DNA of 64,000 nucleotides from Planctomycetaceae bacterium (GTDB lineage Bacteria; Planctomycetota; UBA1135; GCA-002686595): NCBI GenBank assembly GCA_011525785.1, contig WYBT01000044.1, positions 15,996 to 79,995 of the forward strand, read 5' to 3'. Shown piece by piece: positions 1 to 9,438 of this stretch (position 1 is its first letter; each line of letters starts with the position of its first letter). The notes under the pieces were generated by a model. It saw only the letters and a program-made list of their open reading frames with translations, ran no database searches and was not told where the DNA came from. The position numbers and the translations under genes were made by a program.

Positions 1-304
1 ATCGAGCTGTCCCGTCGCGCGATCGCCGAGGAGTTCCTCGACGCCCTCGAACATCCCTTTCGCGCTCCGCCCGCGGTTGAAGATCGTGACTTCGTGCCCG
101 CGCGCGAGCGCGTAGCGCACCTGCCACGGTCCGATGAACCCGGTGCCACCGAGGATCAGCAGCTTCAGCTTGCGCGCCGCGGCGCCGGGAGCGGCCGCTT
201 GACCGGGCCTGCGCCCCGTGAGCGCGGCGAGCGGCGTCGAACCGAGCGCCAACGCACCGGTGGCGAGTGCAGATGCGTGAAGGAATCGGCGGCGTGTGGT
301 CATG
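1..304 (-). CDS. NAD-dependent epimerase/dehydratase (SDR-type) with twin-arginine signal; partial, C-terminus lies outside the window
   Basis: Reverse-complement translation from the ATG at 302-304 reads MTTRRRFLHASALATGALALG...KLKLLILGGTGFIGPWQVRYALARGHEVTIFNRG. It has an RRxFL Tat motif followed by a GxxGxxG Rossmann motif. It is not in the ORF track because it runs off the window edge. Confidence 0.55.
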
Positions 305-489
305 TCGTGGGCTCGTCGGGCCTGCTCGAGTGCGTCGCAGCGGGCGTTCCAGCAGGTCCGCGCGGTCGTTCTTGCGCTCGCGGCGCGTGAGCAACTGCGC
401 ACGGCGCGGATCGACGGGCCGTTGCACGTCGCTGCTCGCCCGCGTGGCAAGCGCCGTCGCAACACCCCGTAGCCATCGTCCGCGCGCGC

Positions 490-2532
490 CTACTTCGGCG
501 CGAACGCGTGCTCTTCGAGCCAGCGCTTCACTTCGCGGTACCACACAAGTGAGTTCTGGGCCTTGAGCACCCAGTGGTTCTCGTCGGGGAAGTAGACCAG
601 GCGCGTCGGCACGCCCTTTTGGAGCAGCGCGTGGTACAGCTCGAAGCCGTGGTTCACCGGCACGCGCAGGTCTTTCTGGCCGTGCAGCACGAGTGTCGGT
701 GTCGCGAAGTTCGCCGCGCCGAAGTGCGGCGAGCCGGCCTCGAAGACCTTGCGCTGCTCTTCGGTCCAGTACGGGCCGAAGCGGCGCACCTCGCTCGAGT
801 AGTCGGCGCCCATCTGCGTGTACCAGTTGTAGACCGCCGCGTGCGCGACCAGCGCGCGGAAGGGATGTTGCCGGCCGAGCAAGATGCTCGTCAGGTAACC
901 GCCGTAGCTGCCGCCGCCCGCGGCCATGCGCTCGGAGTCGATCCACGGTTGCTTCGCGAACCACTCGGCGGCGCGGATCACGTCTTCGTACGGCAGGGCG
1001 TCCTGCTGCGGATTGATCGAGTCGGTGAAGGCCTGGCCGAAGCCGCTCGAGCCGTGGAAGTTCGGCCAGCCGGTCACGCAGCCCCACGAACCGAACACCT
1101 GCGCGTTCCAGCGGAACTGCATGCCGTTGGTGATGGCGTTGTGCGGACCGCCATGGATCAACAGGAACAGCGGGTGCTTCTTCGAGCGATCGAAGTTGGG
1201 CGGATAGTTCACCCACATCTGGATCGGATCGCCGTTCGCACCGGCGTAGGTGACGCTCTCGAACGTGCCCAGCTCGGTCTTGGCGAGCAACTCGTCGTTC
1301 AGTGTCGAGAGCTTCGTGGCTGCGCCGCTCGCCAGGTCGAGCCGCACCAGCGTCGGCGGCTCGAGGAAGCTCTGGCGCAGCGCCACCGCGACCGGGACCG
1401 GCGTGTTCGAGAGCGCCAAGGCGCTGAAACTCGACTCCGCCGTCACCGCGCGCGGCGCACCGTCGAGCGCAAGCTCCCACACGCGCACCGTCCCCGCGTC
1501 GTCGATCGCGCCGAACAAGCGCTTCGAATCGGGCGCCCACACGAGGTTGTCGGCGCTGCGGTCCCAGTCGGCGGCGACCGCGCGCGACTCGCCGCTCGCG
1601 CGCTCGATCAGCATCAGTTTCGCCGTGTCGGCGTAGAACCCGACGATCGACTGGCGCGTGTAGGCGAGCCATTTGCCGTCGGGGCTGTACTGCATCGCTC
1701 CGTCGGACGCGGGGTTCGCCGCGGTCAGGTTCTTCGCGCTCTTCGAGCCGAGCGCGAGCGTGAACACGTCCATGTTGGTCGTGTTCGCAGCCGGATTGGA
1801 GTCAGCGCTGAAGGCCACTTCGCGGCCGTCGGGCGCGATGGCGTACTGCGATCCTTCGAGCGGCACGGCGCGGCGCGAGAGCTCCAGCCCAGTGCCGAGC
1901 GTGATGGCCTGCGGCTCGCCGCCTTCGAGCGCGACGGAGAACAAGTGGAGCTGGCGATCATCGACCAGCGTGTCCCACGCCGCGACAGGAGCTCCATCCC
2001 ACACTTGCGCCTTGCTCTTGGACTCCTCGCGTTCCTTGAGGCGCTTGCCCTGCGCCTCGAAATCGCTCAGATCCGCCCACACGCGCGAGAGGAACGCGAG
2101 CCTGGTTCCATCGGGGAACCACTTGGGCTGCGCCACGCCGGTCGGCACGTTCGTGACGCGCCGCGCCTCTCCGCCGGCGAGCGGGAGCACGTAGAGCTGC
2201 GGCGCCTTGTCGTCGTCGCGCTGCGCAACGAATGCGATCGCAGAACCATCGGGCGAGAACACCGGCGAGCCTTCGCTCGAGCTGTGCGACGTCAGGCGCT
2301 TGGCCTCACCGCTGCTGGTGCTCCACAGCCACAAATCGGACAGAGCTTTGTCCGCGGGGACGTCCCAGTTCGTCACCGAAGCGACGGCCGTGGCCCCATC
2401 GGGAGAGATCGTCGGCGCGCCGATGCGCCGGAGCTCCCAAGATCGCTCGGCGCTGAACGGCGCCTTGTCAGTGGTTTGAGGCGCCAGCGGGATCGCTGCG
2501 GAGGCTGCGACGAGGAACGTGAGGGTGCTCAT
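490..2532 (-). CDS. S9 family serine peptidase (prolyl oligopeptidase / acylaminoacyl-peptidase type) with N-terminal beta-propeller and signal peptide
   Basis: 680 aa. The N-terminus has a hydrophobic signal and TolB/WD40-like repeats (SPDG...SPDG). The C-terminal alpha/beta hydrolase carries the GGSYGG nucleophile motif and a downstream D/H. ATG at 2530-2532. Confidence 0.85.
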   Translation of the reverse strand: MSTLTFLVAASAAIPLAPQTTDKAPFSAERSWELRRIGAPTISPDGATAVASVTNWDVPADKALSDLWLWSTSSGEAKRLTSHSSSEGSPVFSPDGSAIAFVAQRDDDKAPQLYVLPLAGGEARRVTNVPTGVAQPKWFPDGTRLAFLSRVWADLSDFEAQGKRLKEREESKSKAQVWDGAPVAAWDTLVDDRQLHLFSVALEGGEPQAITLGTGLELSRRAVPLEGSQYAIAPDGREVAFSADSNPAANTTNMDVFTLALGSKSAKNLTAANPASDGAMQYSPDGKWLAYTRQSIVGFYADTAKLMLIERASGESRAVAADWDRSADNLVWAPDSKRLFGAIDDAGTVRVWELALDGAPRAVTAESSFSALALSNTPVPVAVALRQSFLEPPTLVRLDLASGAATKLSTLNDELLAKTELGTFESVTYAGANGDPIQMWVNYPPNFDRSKKHPLFLLIHGGPHNAITNGMQFRWNAQVFGSWGCVTGWPNFHGSSGFGQAFTDSINPQQDALPYEDVIRAAEWFAKQPWIDSERMAAGGGSYGGYLTSILLGRQHPFRALVAHAAVYNWYTQMGADYSSEVRRFGPYWTEEQRKVFEAGSPHFGAANFATPTLVLHGQKDLRVPVNHGFELYHALLQKGVPTRLVYFPDENHWVLKAQNSLVWYREVKRWLEEHAFAPK

Positions 2533-2664
2533 GGTGGGCCCACGTTATCCGCCTCGCAGCAGCCTGCGAGCGCTTGGTTGCGTTCGCGCTCTGTCGTGTC
2601 GCGCTTCACGTGCATGTATCTGCCCGACGGGCGCGTGGCGCCGCGACTACACTCGCGACCGGCC

Positions 2665-3840
2665 ATGAACTTGCGACCGATGGAAGCTGCCGATCTCGAG
2701 CCGCTGTGGGTCGAGTTTCGGGAGGTGTTGCGCGAGGGTGCGACGTACGCCTACGACGACGCGACAACGCAGAGCGACTTCGAGCGCGATTGGTGCGGGC
2801 GCGGCGGCGAGCAGTGGGTCGCCGAGGACGCCGGCGAGCTGCTCGGCGCGTTCACCCTGCGCGCGAACCACCCCGGACGCGGCTCGCACGTCGGCACGGC
2901 GTCCTACTTCGTAGCGCAGCGGGCTCGCCGCCGCGGCGTGGGCGAGCGCCTCGGCGCGCACTCGCTCGAGCGGGCCCGCGCGCTGGGCTTCGAAGCGTTG
3001 CAGTTCAACGTCGTGATCAGCACGAACACGAGCGCCTTGCGACTGTGGCGGCGACTGGGCTTCGAAGTGGTCGGCGAGCTGCCGCGCGCGTTCCGACACG
3101 CGCAACAGGGCCTCGTGAGTGCTCTGATCCTGCGCCGCGATCTTCTGCCCGCTCCCGCGACTCCGCTCGATGGACTCGTGCACCAGGCCGTCATCGCGAG
3201 CTTCGTGGAGCGCGGTTTCGCGCCCGATGTCGAGCAACTCGCAGGCACGCTCGCGCAGCCGAGGCAAGCGATCGAAGCCGCACTCGAACGCCTCCACCGC
3301 GGCCATGGACTGGTGCTGCACCCCGGCTCGCACTCCGTGTGGATCGCGCACCCGTTCTCGAGCACGCCGACCGGCGTGTGGGTCGAAGGCGCAACGCGCG
3401 GCTGGTGGGCGCCGTGCCTGTGGTGCGCGCTCGGCGTGTGTGCGCTCGCTGCGCCCGACGCACGGATCCACGCTCGCATCGGCGGCGAGCGCGACGCGCT
3501 GTGCATCGAAGTGCGCGGCGGCGAAGTCGTCGACCGCTCGCTGCTAGTGCACTTCTGCACGCCGCCTCGCCACGCCTGGGACAACGTCCACGCGTGGTGT
3601 GCGAGCGTGCAACCGTTCGAGCGCGAAGAGCACGTCGACGCGTGGTGCGCACGGCACGCCCTGCCGCGCGGCAAGTGCGTTCCGATCGCGCAGGTCCAGC
3701 GCCTCGCGCGCGCCTGGTACGGCCGGCATCTCGACGCCGACTGGCGCAAGTGGAGCGTCGCGCAAGCGCAGGCGATCTTCGATGCAGTGGAGTTGCGCGG
3801 CGAGTTTTGGCGCCTGCCGAGCGCTGATCAGCCATTTTGA
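2665..3840 (+). CDS. GNAT N-acetyltransferase fused to a MerB-like (alkylmercury lyase family) domain
   Basis: The N-terminal ~160 aa show GNAT motifs (QRARRRGVGERLGAHSLERARALGFEALQFNVV...RLGFE). The C-terminal ~220 aa resemble MerB: WCAL aligns with the MerB YAWCALD cysteine motif, and HFC aligns with the MerB FCCHVHF region. ATG at 2665; alternative starts at 2614 and 2680 are in frame. Confidence 0.6.
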   Translation: MNLRPMEAADLEPLWVEFREVLREGATYAYDDATTQSDFERDWCGRGGEQWVAEDAGELLGAFTLRANHPGRGSHVGTASYFVAQRARRRGVGERLGAHSLERARALGFEALQFNVVISTNTSALRLWRRLGFEVVGELPRAFRHAQQGLVSALILRRDLLPAPATPLDGLVHQAVIASFVERGFAPDVEQLAGTLAQPRQAIEAALERLHRGHGLVLHPGSHSVWIAHPFSSTPTGVWVEGATRGWWAPCLWCALGVCALAAPDARIHARIGGERDALCIEVRGGEVVDRSLLVHFCTPPRHAWDNVHAWCASVQPFEREEHVDAWCARHALPRGKCVPIAQVQRLARAWYGRHLDADWRKWSVAQAQAIFDAVELRGEFWRLPSADQPF

Positions 3841-3885
3841 GGCTGAAAACGCCGCGTTTTCTCGTGTGTGCGCGCGCTGCGCGCA

Positions 3886-4380
3886 TCACTCGGACTCGTC
3901 GCCGACGGCGGAGCGCACTCCGCCGGGCGCGAGCTCCCATACGTACACCACCGCGTGATCGGGCTCCTCGCGCGCGGCGAGCTTGGTGTACGTGCGGCGC
4001 GCTGACGTGTTGTCGAGCTCGGTGGCCACCCACGCTTCGACGCAGCCCAGCTCACGACCTCGCATGTGCACGGCCTCGACCAGTCGGCCAGCGATCCCGC
4101 GCCCGCGCCAGGCGCTCGCGACGCCGAGCTCGTTGACGAACAGCTGCCGCGGCTTGTCGGGGTGCGAGTACGCGTACGCCGTGCACATGCCCACGACGCG
4201 CTCGCTGCCGCGCTCACCGGCCAGCGCCACCGCCGTGACGTGGCGCGAATCGCTCAGCGCATCGAGCGCCCACTCGCGCCGCACTTCGTAGTCGAACACG
4301 TCGGGGTCGACGCGCTCGAACAGCTCGATGTCGCTGGCGGCCAGCACTCGCACGACGACTGCGCTCGATCCTTCGCTCAT
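3886..4380 (-). CDS. GNAT family acetyltransferase, AAC(3)-I-like (putative aminoglycoside 3-N-acetyltransferase)
   Basis: Architecture and local motifs resemble AAC(3)-Ia: ...VVGMCTAYAYSHPDKPRQLFVNELGVASAWRGRGIAGRLVEAV...YTKLAAREE versus ...[24 protein letters not shown]...YTKLGIREE. I chose the ATG (MSEGSS) at 4378-4380. The ORF-track start at 4416 is a TTG. Confidence 0.6.
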   Translation of the reverse strand: MSEGSSAVVVRVLAASDIELFERVDPDVFDYEVRREWALDALSDSRHVTAVALAGERGSERVVGMCTAYAYSHPDKPRQLFVNELGVASAWRGRGIAGRLVEAVHMRGRELGCVEAWVATELDNTSARRTYTKLAAREEPDHAVVYVWELAPGGVRSAVGDESE

Positions 4381-4552
4381 GTCCAAATGTTCGGTTATCG
4401 CGCACGCTCTCGCCAAGGGGACCGGCGCGCGCTGCAGCGCCGACCTCGAGCCAGCCGGGCTGGGCGATGTTCACCGGTGGCGGCGAGGTCAGGCCGCGAG
4501 TCGGCGAGCGCGCTCCAACGGCCGGCCGACGAACGTAGAGTCTGGGCAGCCC

Positions 4553-6139
4553 ATGCTGCCCCGCCTGGAAGCGCTGCTGATCGAGTTCCAAGCTCGCCCG
4601 CACGCGTCCGCACGGTGGCGCTCCAACGCGTACGAGTGGGACTGGCCCGACAACCTCGGCGCGTTGCTTTGGCTCCACGCGCAGGGCGACGAGCGCGATC
4701 GCGCGGAACTCGCCGAGCGCCTCGCGGAGCAACTGCGCGCAGAAGAGCCGCGCTCGTGGATGGCGTACGCCGCGAACCAGCGACTGTGGAACCTCGAACG
4801 CGCCGACGTCGCGATCTTCGAGAGCTACGCCGCGGACGTGGCCGTGGAGTGCCTGGGATTGGCGACGCTCAGCGCCAATGGCTTCGTTCGCGAGGACGCG
4901 CTGCGCGCGCTCGTGCGGCTGGCTCATCCGAGGTTCGTGGGCTATGTGCTGCTGCGCCTGGGAGACTGGGTTGTGCAGGTGCGCTCGGCCGCCGCTGCTG
5001 CGCTCGATGCGCTGCTCGAGCGTGGCGTCGCCGGGGAGCTGATCGCGCACCACGGGCTCGTCGAGCGGCTCGAGCGCGTGGGGCGCGTCGACGTCTCCAC
5101 CGTCGCCGCCCGCCTGCGCGCCCATTTGCGCGAACCGCGCTGGCGCGAGGCGCTGGAAGTCGGACTGGTGTCCGAGCGCGCGACCACGCGGCTCTTCTGC
5201 TGGCGCACGATCGAAGCGGAGCTGGATGGCGACCGCGCGCTGCTCGAACGCGCGCTGCGCGATCGCGACCCGCTCGTTCGCGCCTGGGTCGCCGCTCGCG
5301 TCCTGACCACGTCGGCAGCCGACGACGCGCAACTCGTTCGAGCGCTCCTGCGGGATCGCGCGTCGCGTGTGCGCGCCTGCGTCCTGCGCGCGCTGCCCAG
5401 GGAGCGCGTCGACGTTTGGCGAGACGAGCTGTGCGAGCTCGCGCTCTCCGACTCGGCCAACGTGCGCGAACTGGCGCGCTTCGTCCTGCGCCACGCGAAC
5501 CCGCCGGACTTCGCAGCGCTATGTCGAGCGCGGCTCGAGAGCGCGAGCGGCGGCGCGCCGCGAGCGGGCTGGATCGCGACGCTCGGCGAGCTCGGCGCGC
5601 CGAGTGATTTCGAGCGCGTGGCCGTCTGGGTCGATCACCCCGGCGCGCGAATCCGCGCCGCGGCGCTCGCTGCGGCGCTGCGGCTCGATCGAACGCGGGC
5701 CGAGCCGGCGATCGTGCGAGCCTTGGAGGACCCGCGCCGCGCCGTGCGCGCGGTGGTTTGGCGCTGCCTGCGGCACGCGCCGCGCGAGCTGTGGACGGCG
5801 AGGGCTGAGGAGTTGCTGCGCGGGAGCGACGCCGGCGTGCAACGCAACGCGTTGGCAGCGCTCACGGCGACACGCGACTGGCGAGCCGTCCCGGCGCTGC
5901 TCGAGGGGCTGCTCGCGCCCCACGAGTCGACCCGCACGCTCGCGTGGCAGGGAATCGACGCCTGGCAGCGCCGCAACGGGACGCGCGGCTGGCTGCGGCC
6001 TTCGGACGACGTGAAACGCCGTTTGGCGATGCTCTGGCCTCGCGCACGCGAGCGACGCGATGCGCCGCCTGCGTTCGCGAACGCCTGGGACAACTTTCGG
6101 CGCAAGCTCGACGAAGAACTCGGGGTTCCGCGAGCGTGA
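4553..6139 (+). CDS. HEAT-repeat (PBS-lyase-like) protein
   Basis: Repeated ~30-aa helical units of the form xxVRxxAxxALxxL (e.g. DPLVRAWVAARVL, RASRVRACVLRAL, DPRRAVRAVVWRCL). I start at the internal ATG at 4553 because the longer ORF start overlaps the divergent GNAT gene. Confidence 0.5.
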   Translation: MLPRLEALLIEFQARPHASARWRSNAYEWDWPDNLGALLWLHAQGDERDRAELAERLAEQLRAEEPRSWMAYAANQRLWNLERADVAIFESYAADVAVECLGLATLSANGFVREDALRALVRLAHPRFVGYVLLRLGDWVVQVRSAAAAALDALLERGVAGELIAHHGLVERLERVGRVDVSTVAARLRAHLREPRWREALEVGLVSERATTRLFCWRTIEAELDGDRALLERALRDRDPLVRAWVAARVLTTSAADDAQLVRALLRDRASRVRACVLRALPRERVDVWRDELCELALSDSANVRELARFVLRHANPPDFAALCRARLESASGGAPRAGWIATLGELGAPSDFERVAVWVDHPGARIRAAALAAALRLDRTRAEPAIVRALEDPRRAVRAVVWRCLRHAPRELWTARAEELLRGSDAGVQRNALAALTATRDWRAVPALLEGLLAPHESTRTLAWQGIDAWQRRNGTRGWLRPSDDVKRRLAMLWPRARERRDAPPAFANAWDNFRRKLDEELGVPRA

Positions 6140-6167
6140 GCCCGGCGCCGAGCACGCCGAGCGCGTC

Positions 6168-7802
6168 TCAGCCCGCGGTCGTGTCGGTCATCGCCTTCGA
6201 CGCCTTGGAGTACTTGTTCCCCGAGGTGCCGGTCTTGTGGCCGGGGTCGATGAACGAGCGCGAGAGTTCCTTGCGCTTGACGAGCTTGCGTTCGACGCGG
6301 TTGTAGACGTCGAAGACGCGCGCTTCGAACACGCCCATCGACCAGTTGTTCTCGCGCAGACGCTGCTCGGCGCGCTTCTCCCAGAAGCCGATCTTTCCGC
6401 GCGCGAGGCCATAGGCGAGCGTCACGTAGTGCTGGTAGAGCTTGCGGCGCTCGGCCACGTGCGGCGGGATCTTGCCCGGCCAGGTCTCTTCGAGGTGGTA
6501 CTCGCCGATCGAACCCCACTCTTCGATCTTCTGCGGCGGCTGGTAGCCCAGTTCGATCGCCTGATCCCACATCGCAGTGCCCGGAATCGGGCGGTAGGGC
6601 CACACGGTCGGACGCGCGAGCGGCGCGGCCACGTGCAGACGCCGGCACTGGTCGATCGTCGCCAGCATCGAGTCGGCGCTCTCGCCGGGGTAACCGATGA
6701 TGTAGGTCACCGACGAGCACACGCCGCGCTTGTCCATCTCGACGGCGGCCGCGATGTTGTCGTCGTCTTTGATCGGCTTGCCGATCTTCTTCATCATCTC
6801 GTTCGTGCCGGCCTCGGCGCCGATCTCGGCGACGTACAGGCCCGAAGCCGCGAGCGCATCGAGCGCGTCGGGCTTGTAGGTCAGGATCGAGTGCGTCTCG
6901 ATGAAGGCGTTCCAGTGGAACTTCAGGCCGCGCGCGAGCATGCCCTTGGCGAACTCCGCCGAGCGCTTCTGCATCACGCCGAAGTTCGCGTCGTGGAAGC
7001 GCACGGTGTCGAAGCCCCAGCGCTGCTGCAGTTCGGCGAGGTCGTCGAGCATGCGCTCGGCCGGCATGGCCTTCCAACGCCGGTCGGTGACGATCGGCGA
7101 GCAGCAGAACGTGCACGGCTCGGGGCAGCCGTAGCTCGAGTAGTAGGTGATGCCGAAGTACGGCTTGCGCGAGCCGATCGCGGGCGGAGTCGGCATGCGC
7201 AGGATGTGCTTGTGGCTGTCGGGCCGCATCTGGCGCTCGCGGTACGGCTCGATGTCGATCAGATGCCAGGGCAGGTTCGCGACCTTGTCCCAGCCGACGA
7301 CGGCGCGCTTGGCCGTCTTGACCAGTTGGTTGTCGCGCAGGAGCGCGAGGCCCTCGACCTCTTCGAGCGGCGTCCCCGCATCGATCGCCTTGACCAAGTC
7401 GCGGAAGGTCAGCTCGCCCTGGCCCAGCACCACCGCGTCGTACAGCCCGGTACGAAGTTGCAACTCCGGCTTGACCGACGCGAACCAGCCGCCGATCACC
7501 ATCGGGAGCTTGGGGAAGCGCTGCTTGACCTTGGTCGAGGCGCGGAAGCCGTCGGTGACCATGAAGCCCAGGATCCCCGTCGTGGCGTACAGGAACGCGC
7601 CTTCGCAGGCCTCCAGCAGCCGACGGTGCCCTTCCTCGGGCTCGTACAGATGTGCGTCGATGATCTGGACGTCGTAGCCGTCTTCGAGCGGGAAGGCGGA
7701 GATGGCGAGCATCTCCAGCGGCAGCATGTCGCCGCTGCACGGCGGTCCGATCGAGGTGTCGACCTGCTGGGGCTGGTAGAGGACGATCTTCTTCTTGGCC
7801 AT
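6168..7802 (-). CDS. B12-binding-domain radical SAM protein (class B rSAM)
   Basis: The N-terminal region has cobalamin-binding-domain features. The CxxxCxxC motif is YGCPEPCTFCCS. 544 aa. Start MAKKKIVLYQ at 7800-7802. Confidence 0.8.
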   Translation of the reverse strand: MAKKKIVLYQPQQVDTSIGPPCSGDMLPLEMLAISAFPLEDGYDVQIIDAHLYEPEEGHRRLLEACEGAFLYATTGILGFMVTDGFRASTKVKQRFPKLPMVIGGWFASVKPELQLRTGLYDAVVLGQGELTFRDLVKAIDAGTPLEEVEGLALLRDNQLVKTAKRAVVGWDKVANLPWHLIDIEPYRERQMRPDSHKHILRMPTPPAIGSRKPYFGITYYSSYGCPEPCTFCCSPIVTDRRWKAMPAERMLDDLAELQQRWGFDTVRFHDANFGVMQKRSAEFAKGMLARGLKFHWNAFIETHSILTYKPDALDALAASGLYVAEIGAEAGTNEMMKKIGKPIKDDDNIAAAVEMDKRGVCSSVTYIIGYPGESADSMLATIDQCRRLHVAAPLARPTVWPYRPIPGTAMWDQAIELGYQPPQKIEEWGSIGEYHLEETWPGKIPPHVAERRKLYQHYVTLAYGLARGKIGFWEKRAEQRLRENNWSMGVFEARVFDVYNRVERKLVKRKELSRSFIDPGHKTGTSGNKYSKASKAMTDTTAG

Positions 7803-7973
7803 GGCGCGTCAAATCTTACGTCAGGGTGCGGGTGGGCGCGCGGCCAATCGGAGGGGCGCTACGAACGCGGCCCTCTTCTATCGGACCCCGCGCGTCACTA
7901 CCCTGCCTGCCCTCGCTCGCTGGGAGCGCGCGAGATCAAGGTGTCTCTCCGAACCCGTGAAGGAATCTCTCAC

Positions 7974-8225
7974 ATGAAGACCGTGAAGTACGGCCTCCTG
8001 GCTACGGTGCTCGCCACCGGTCTGCTGGGCGCCTCGTGCCTGGGCCCCAACAAGGCCTTCAACAAGCTGAACGACTGGAACCAGAAGGTCACCGAGAACA
8101 AGTGGGCCAACGAGGCCGTGTTCCTGGTGCTGAACATCATCCCGGTCTACGGCTTCGCCTACCTGGCCGACATCGTGGTGTTCAACTCGATCGAGTTCTG
8201 GGGCGGCAAGAACCCCATGGATTGA
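7974..8225 (+). CDS. Small lipoprotein (83 aa), function unknown
   Basis: ATG at 7974 with an upstream AAGGA. The signal peptide ends in the lipobox LLGASC. This is the only coding-looking part of the spurious ORF 6060..8225. Confidence 0.5.
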   Translation: MKTVKYGLLATVLATGLLGASCLGPNKAFNKLNDWNQKVTENKWANEAVFLVLNIIPVYGFAYLADIVVFNSIEFWGGKNPMD

Positions 8226-8289
8226 GATCGGCGCGCGAGCGCGGGGTGCAGCGATCTGACTCGCCCTGCAACGCGCACTTGTCCCCCAG

Positions 8290-8331
8290 CAGGAGGCGTG
8301 GGCCCACTCGGCCGACGCCTCCTGTGCTTTT
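8290..8331 (+). terminator. Intrinsic terminator-like hairpin downstream of the lipoprotein gene
   Basis: A 9-bp stem (CAGGAGGCG ... CGCCTCCTG) with a 17-nt loop, followed by TGCTTTT. It sits in the convergent gap between the lipoprotein gene and pdxA. Confidence 0.4.
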
Positions 8332-8406
8332 CCCCGGTGCTGCTCTTGGGGCTGTTCTTGCGGCAGCAAGCATCGCCGCGCCGGCGCGCACGGGCGGCGC
8401 GCGGGT

Positions 8407-9405
8407 TCAGTCGACCACCGCGACCGGGCGCCCCGCGGCCCAGGCGGCGGCCTGTCGCAGCGCGACGATCAGGTTGTGCGGCGAGGCCTTGTCCGTGCCC
8501 GCGATGTCGAACGCGGTTCCGTGCGCGGGCGAAACGCGCAGGAACGACAGCCCCGCGATGACCGTCAGCCCGCTGGCCCCGCCGGCGAGCTTGATCGGGA
8601 TGAAGGCCTGGTCGTGGTACAGCGCGAGCACGGCGTCGAACTCGCCGCGCGCCGCCGCGATGAAGACCGAATCGGGCGAGAGCGGCCCGCTCACGTCGAT
8701 CCCGCGCGCGCGCGCCCGCGCCACCGCCGGCGCGAGCAGGTCGAGTTCCTCGCGGCCGAGCAGTCCGTTCTCGCCGGCGTGGGGGTTGAGCCCGGCGAGC
8801 GCCAGGTGCGGCCGCGCGAAGCCCCAGCTGCGCAGCGAGCGATCGAGCAGGGCCAGATGGCCTTCGACGCGCTCGGTGGTGACCAGCTCGAGAGCGCTGC
8901 GCAGCGGCATGTGCCGCGTGAGCAGCATCACGCGCATGCGACCGGCGAGGGCCAGCATCTCGTACTCCTCGGCGCCGTCCCAGCGCGCGAGCAGCTCGGT
9001 CTGCCCCTCGACCGCCTCGCCCGCGGCGTGCAGCGCTTCCTTGGACACCGGCGCGGTGACCAGCGCGGCGATGCGGCCGGCGCGCGCCCAGTCGACGCCG
9101 CCGCGCAGCGCCGCCAGCGCCGCCCGGCCGCACTGCGGCTGGACGCGACCGAGCTGGTAGTCCGCCAGTTCGCCCGTATCGATCCAGGAGCACTCCGCCT
9201 CGGGCGCGAGCGGCTCGGGCGCGATCCACTCCGGACGCAGCCGGCCCGGTCCGAACAGACGCAGTCGCGCGAGCGCGAGCACGGAGGGCTCGCGCGCGGC
9301 AGCGAGCGCGATCTGCGGGCCGATCCCCGCCGGATCGCCGAGGGTCAGTCCGATCAACGGCCGCCGCGCGGCCGGCGCTGCGCCGGGTGAATTGGGGTGG
9401 CCCAT
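8407..9405 (-). CDS. pdxA: 4-hydroxythreonine-4-phosphate dehydrogenase
   Basis: LIGLTLGDPAGIGPQIALAAA near the N-terminus and the HDQAFIPIKLAGGASGLTVIAGL core are typical of PdxA. ATG at 9403-9405. Confidence 0.85.
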   Translation of the reverse strand: MGHPNSPGAAPAARRPLIGLTLGDPAGIGPQIALAAAREPSVLALARLRLFGPGRLRPEWIAPEPLAPEAECSWIDTGELADYQLGRVQPQCGRAALAALRGGVDWARAGRIAALVTAPVSKEALHAAGEAVEGQTELLARWDGAEEYEMLALAGRMRVMLLTRHMPLRSALELVTTERVEGHLALLDRSLRSWGFARPHLALAGLNPHAGENGLLGREELDLLAPAVARARARGIDVSGPLSPDSVFIAAARGEFDAVLALYHDQAFIPIKLAGGASGLTVIAGLSFLRVSPAHGTAFDIAGTDKASPHNLIVALRQAAAWAAGRPVAVVD

Positions 9406-9438
9406 GGGTTCGCTCGCCAGTTCAGCGCGCGGCGCCGC

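Noticed and set aside
574-3840. 1088-aa ORF in the track (MVLVGEVDQ...) spanning the peptidase gene on the opposite strand
   Set aside because: The first ~2 kb are antisense to the well-supported S9 peptidase, and Arg/Ala-rich with no domain signatures. Only the last 1.2 kb, from the internal ATG at 2665, encodes a recognisable protein (GNAT-MerB).
4066-5607. Long Arg-rich ORFs (4066..5607 plus, 4214..5494 minus, 5635..7812 minus, 6060..8225 plus) overlapping the HEAT and radical-SAM genes
   Set aside because: Extreme Arg/Ala/Gly composition typical of off-frame or antisense reading of about 72% GC DNA. They overlap better-supported genes and have no motifs.
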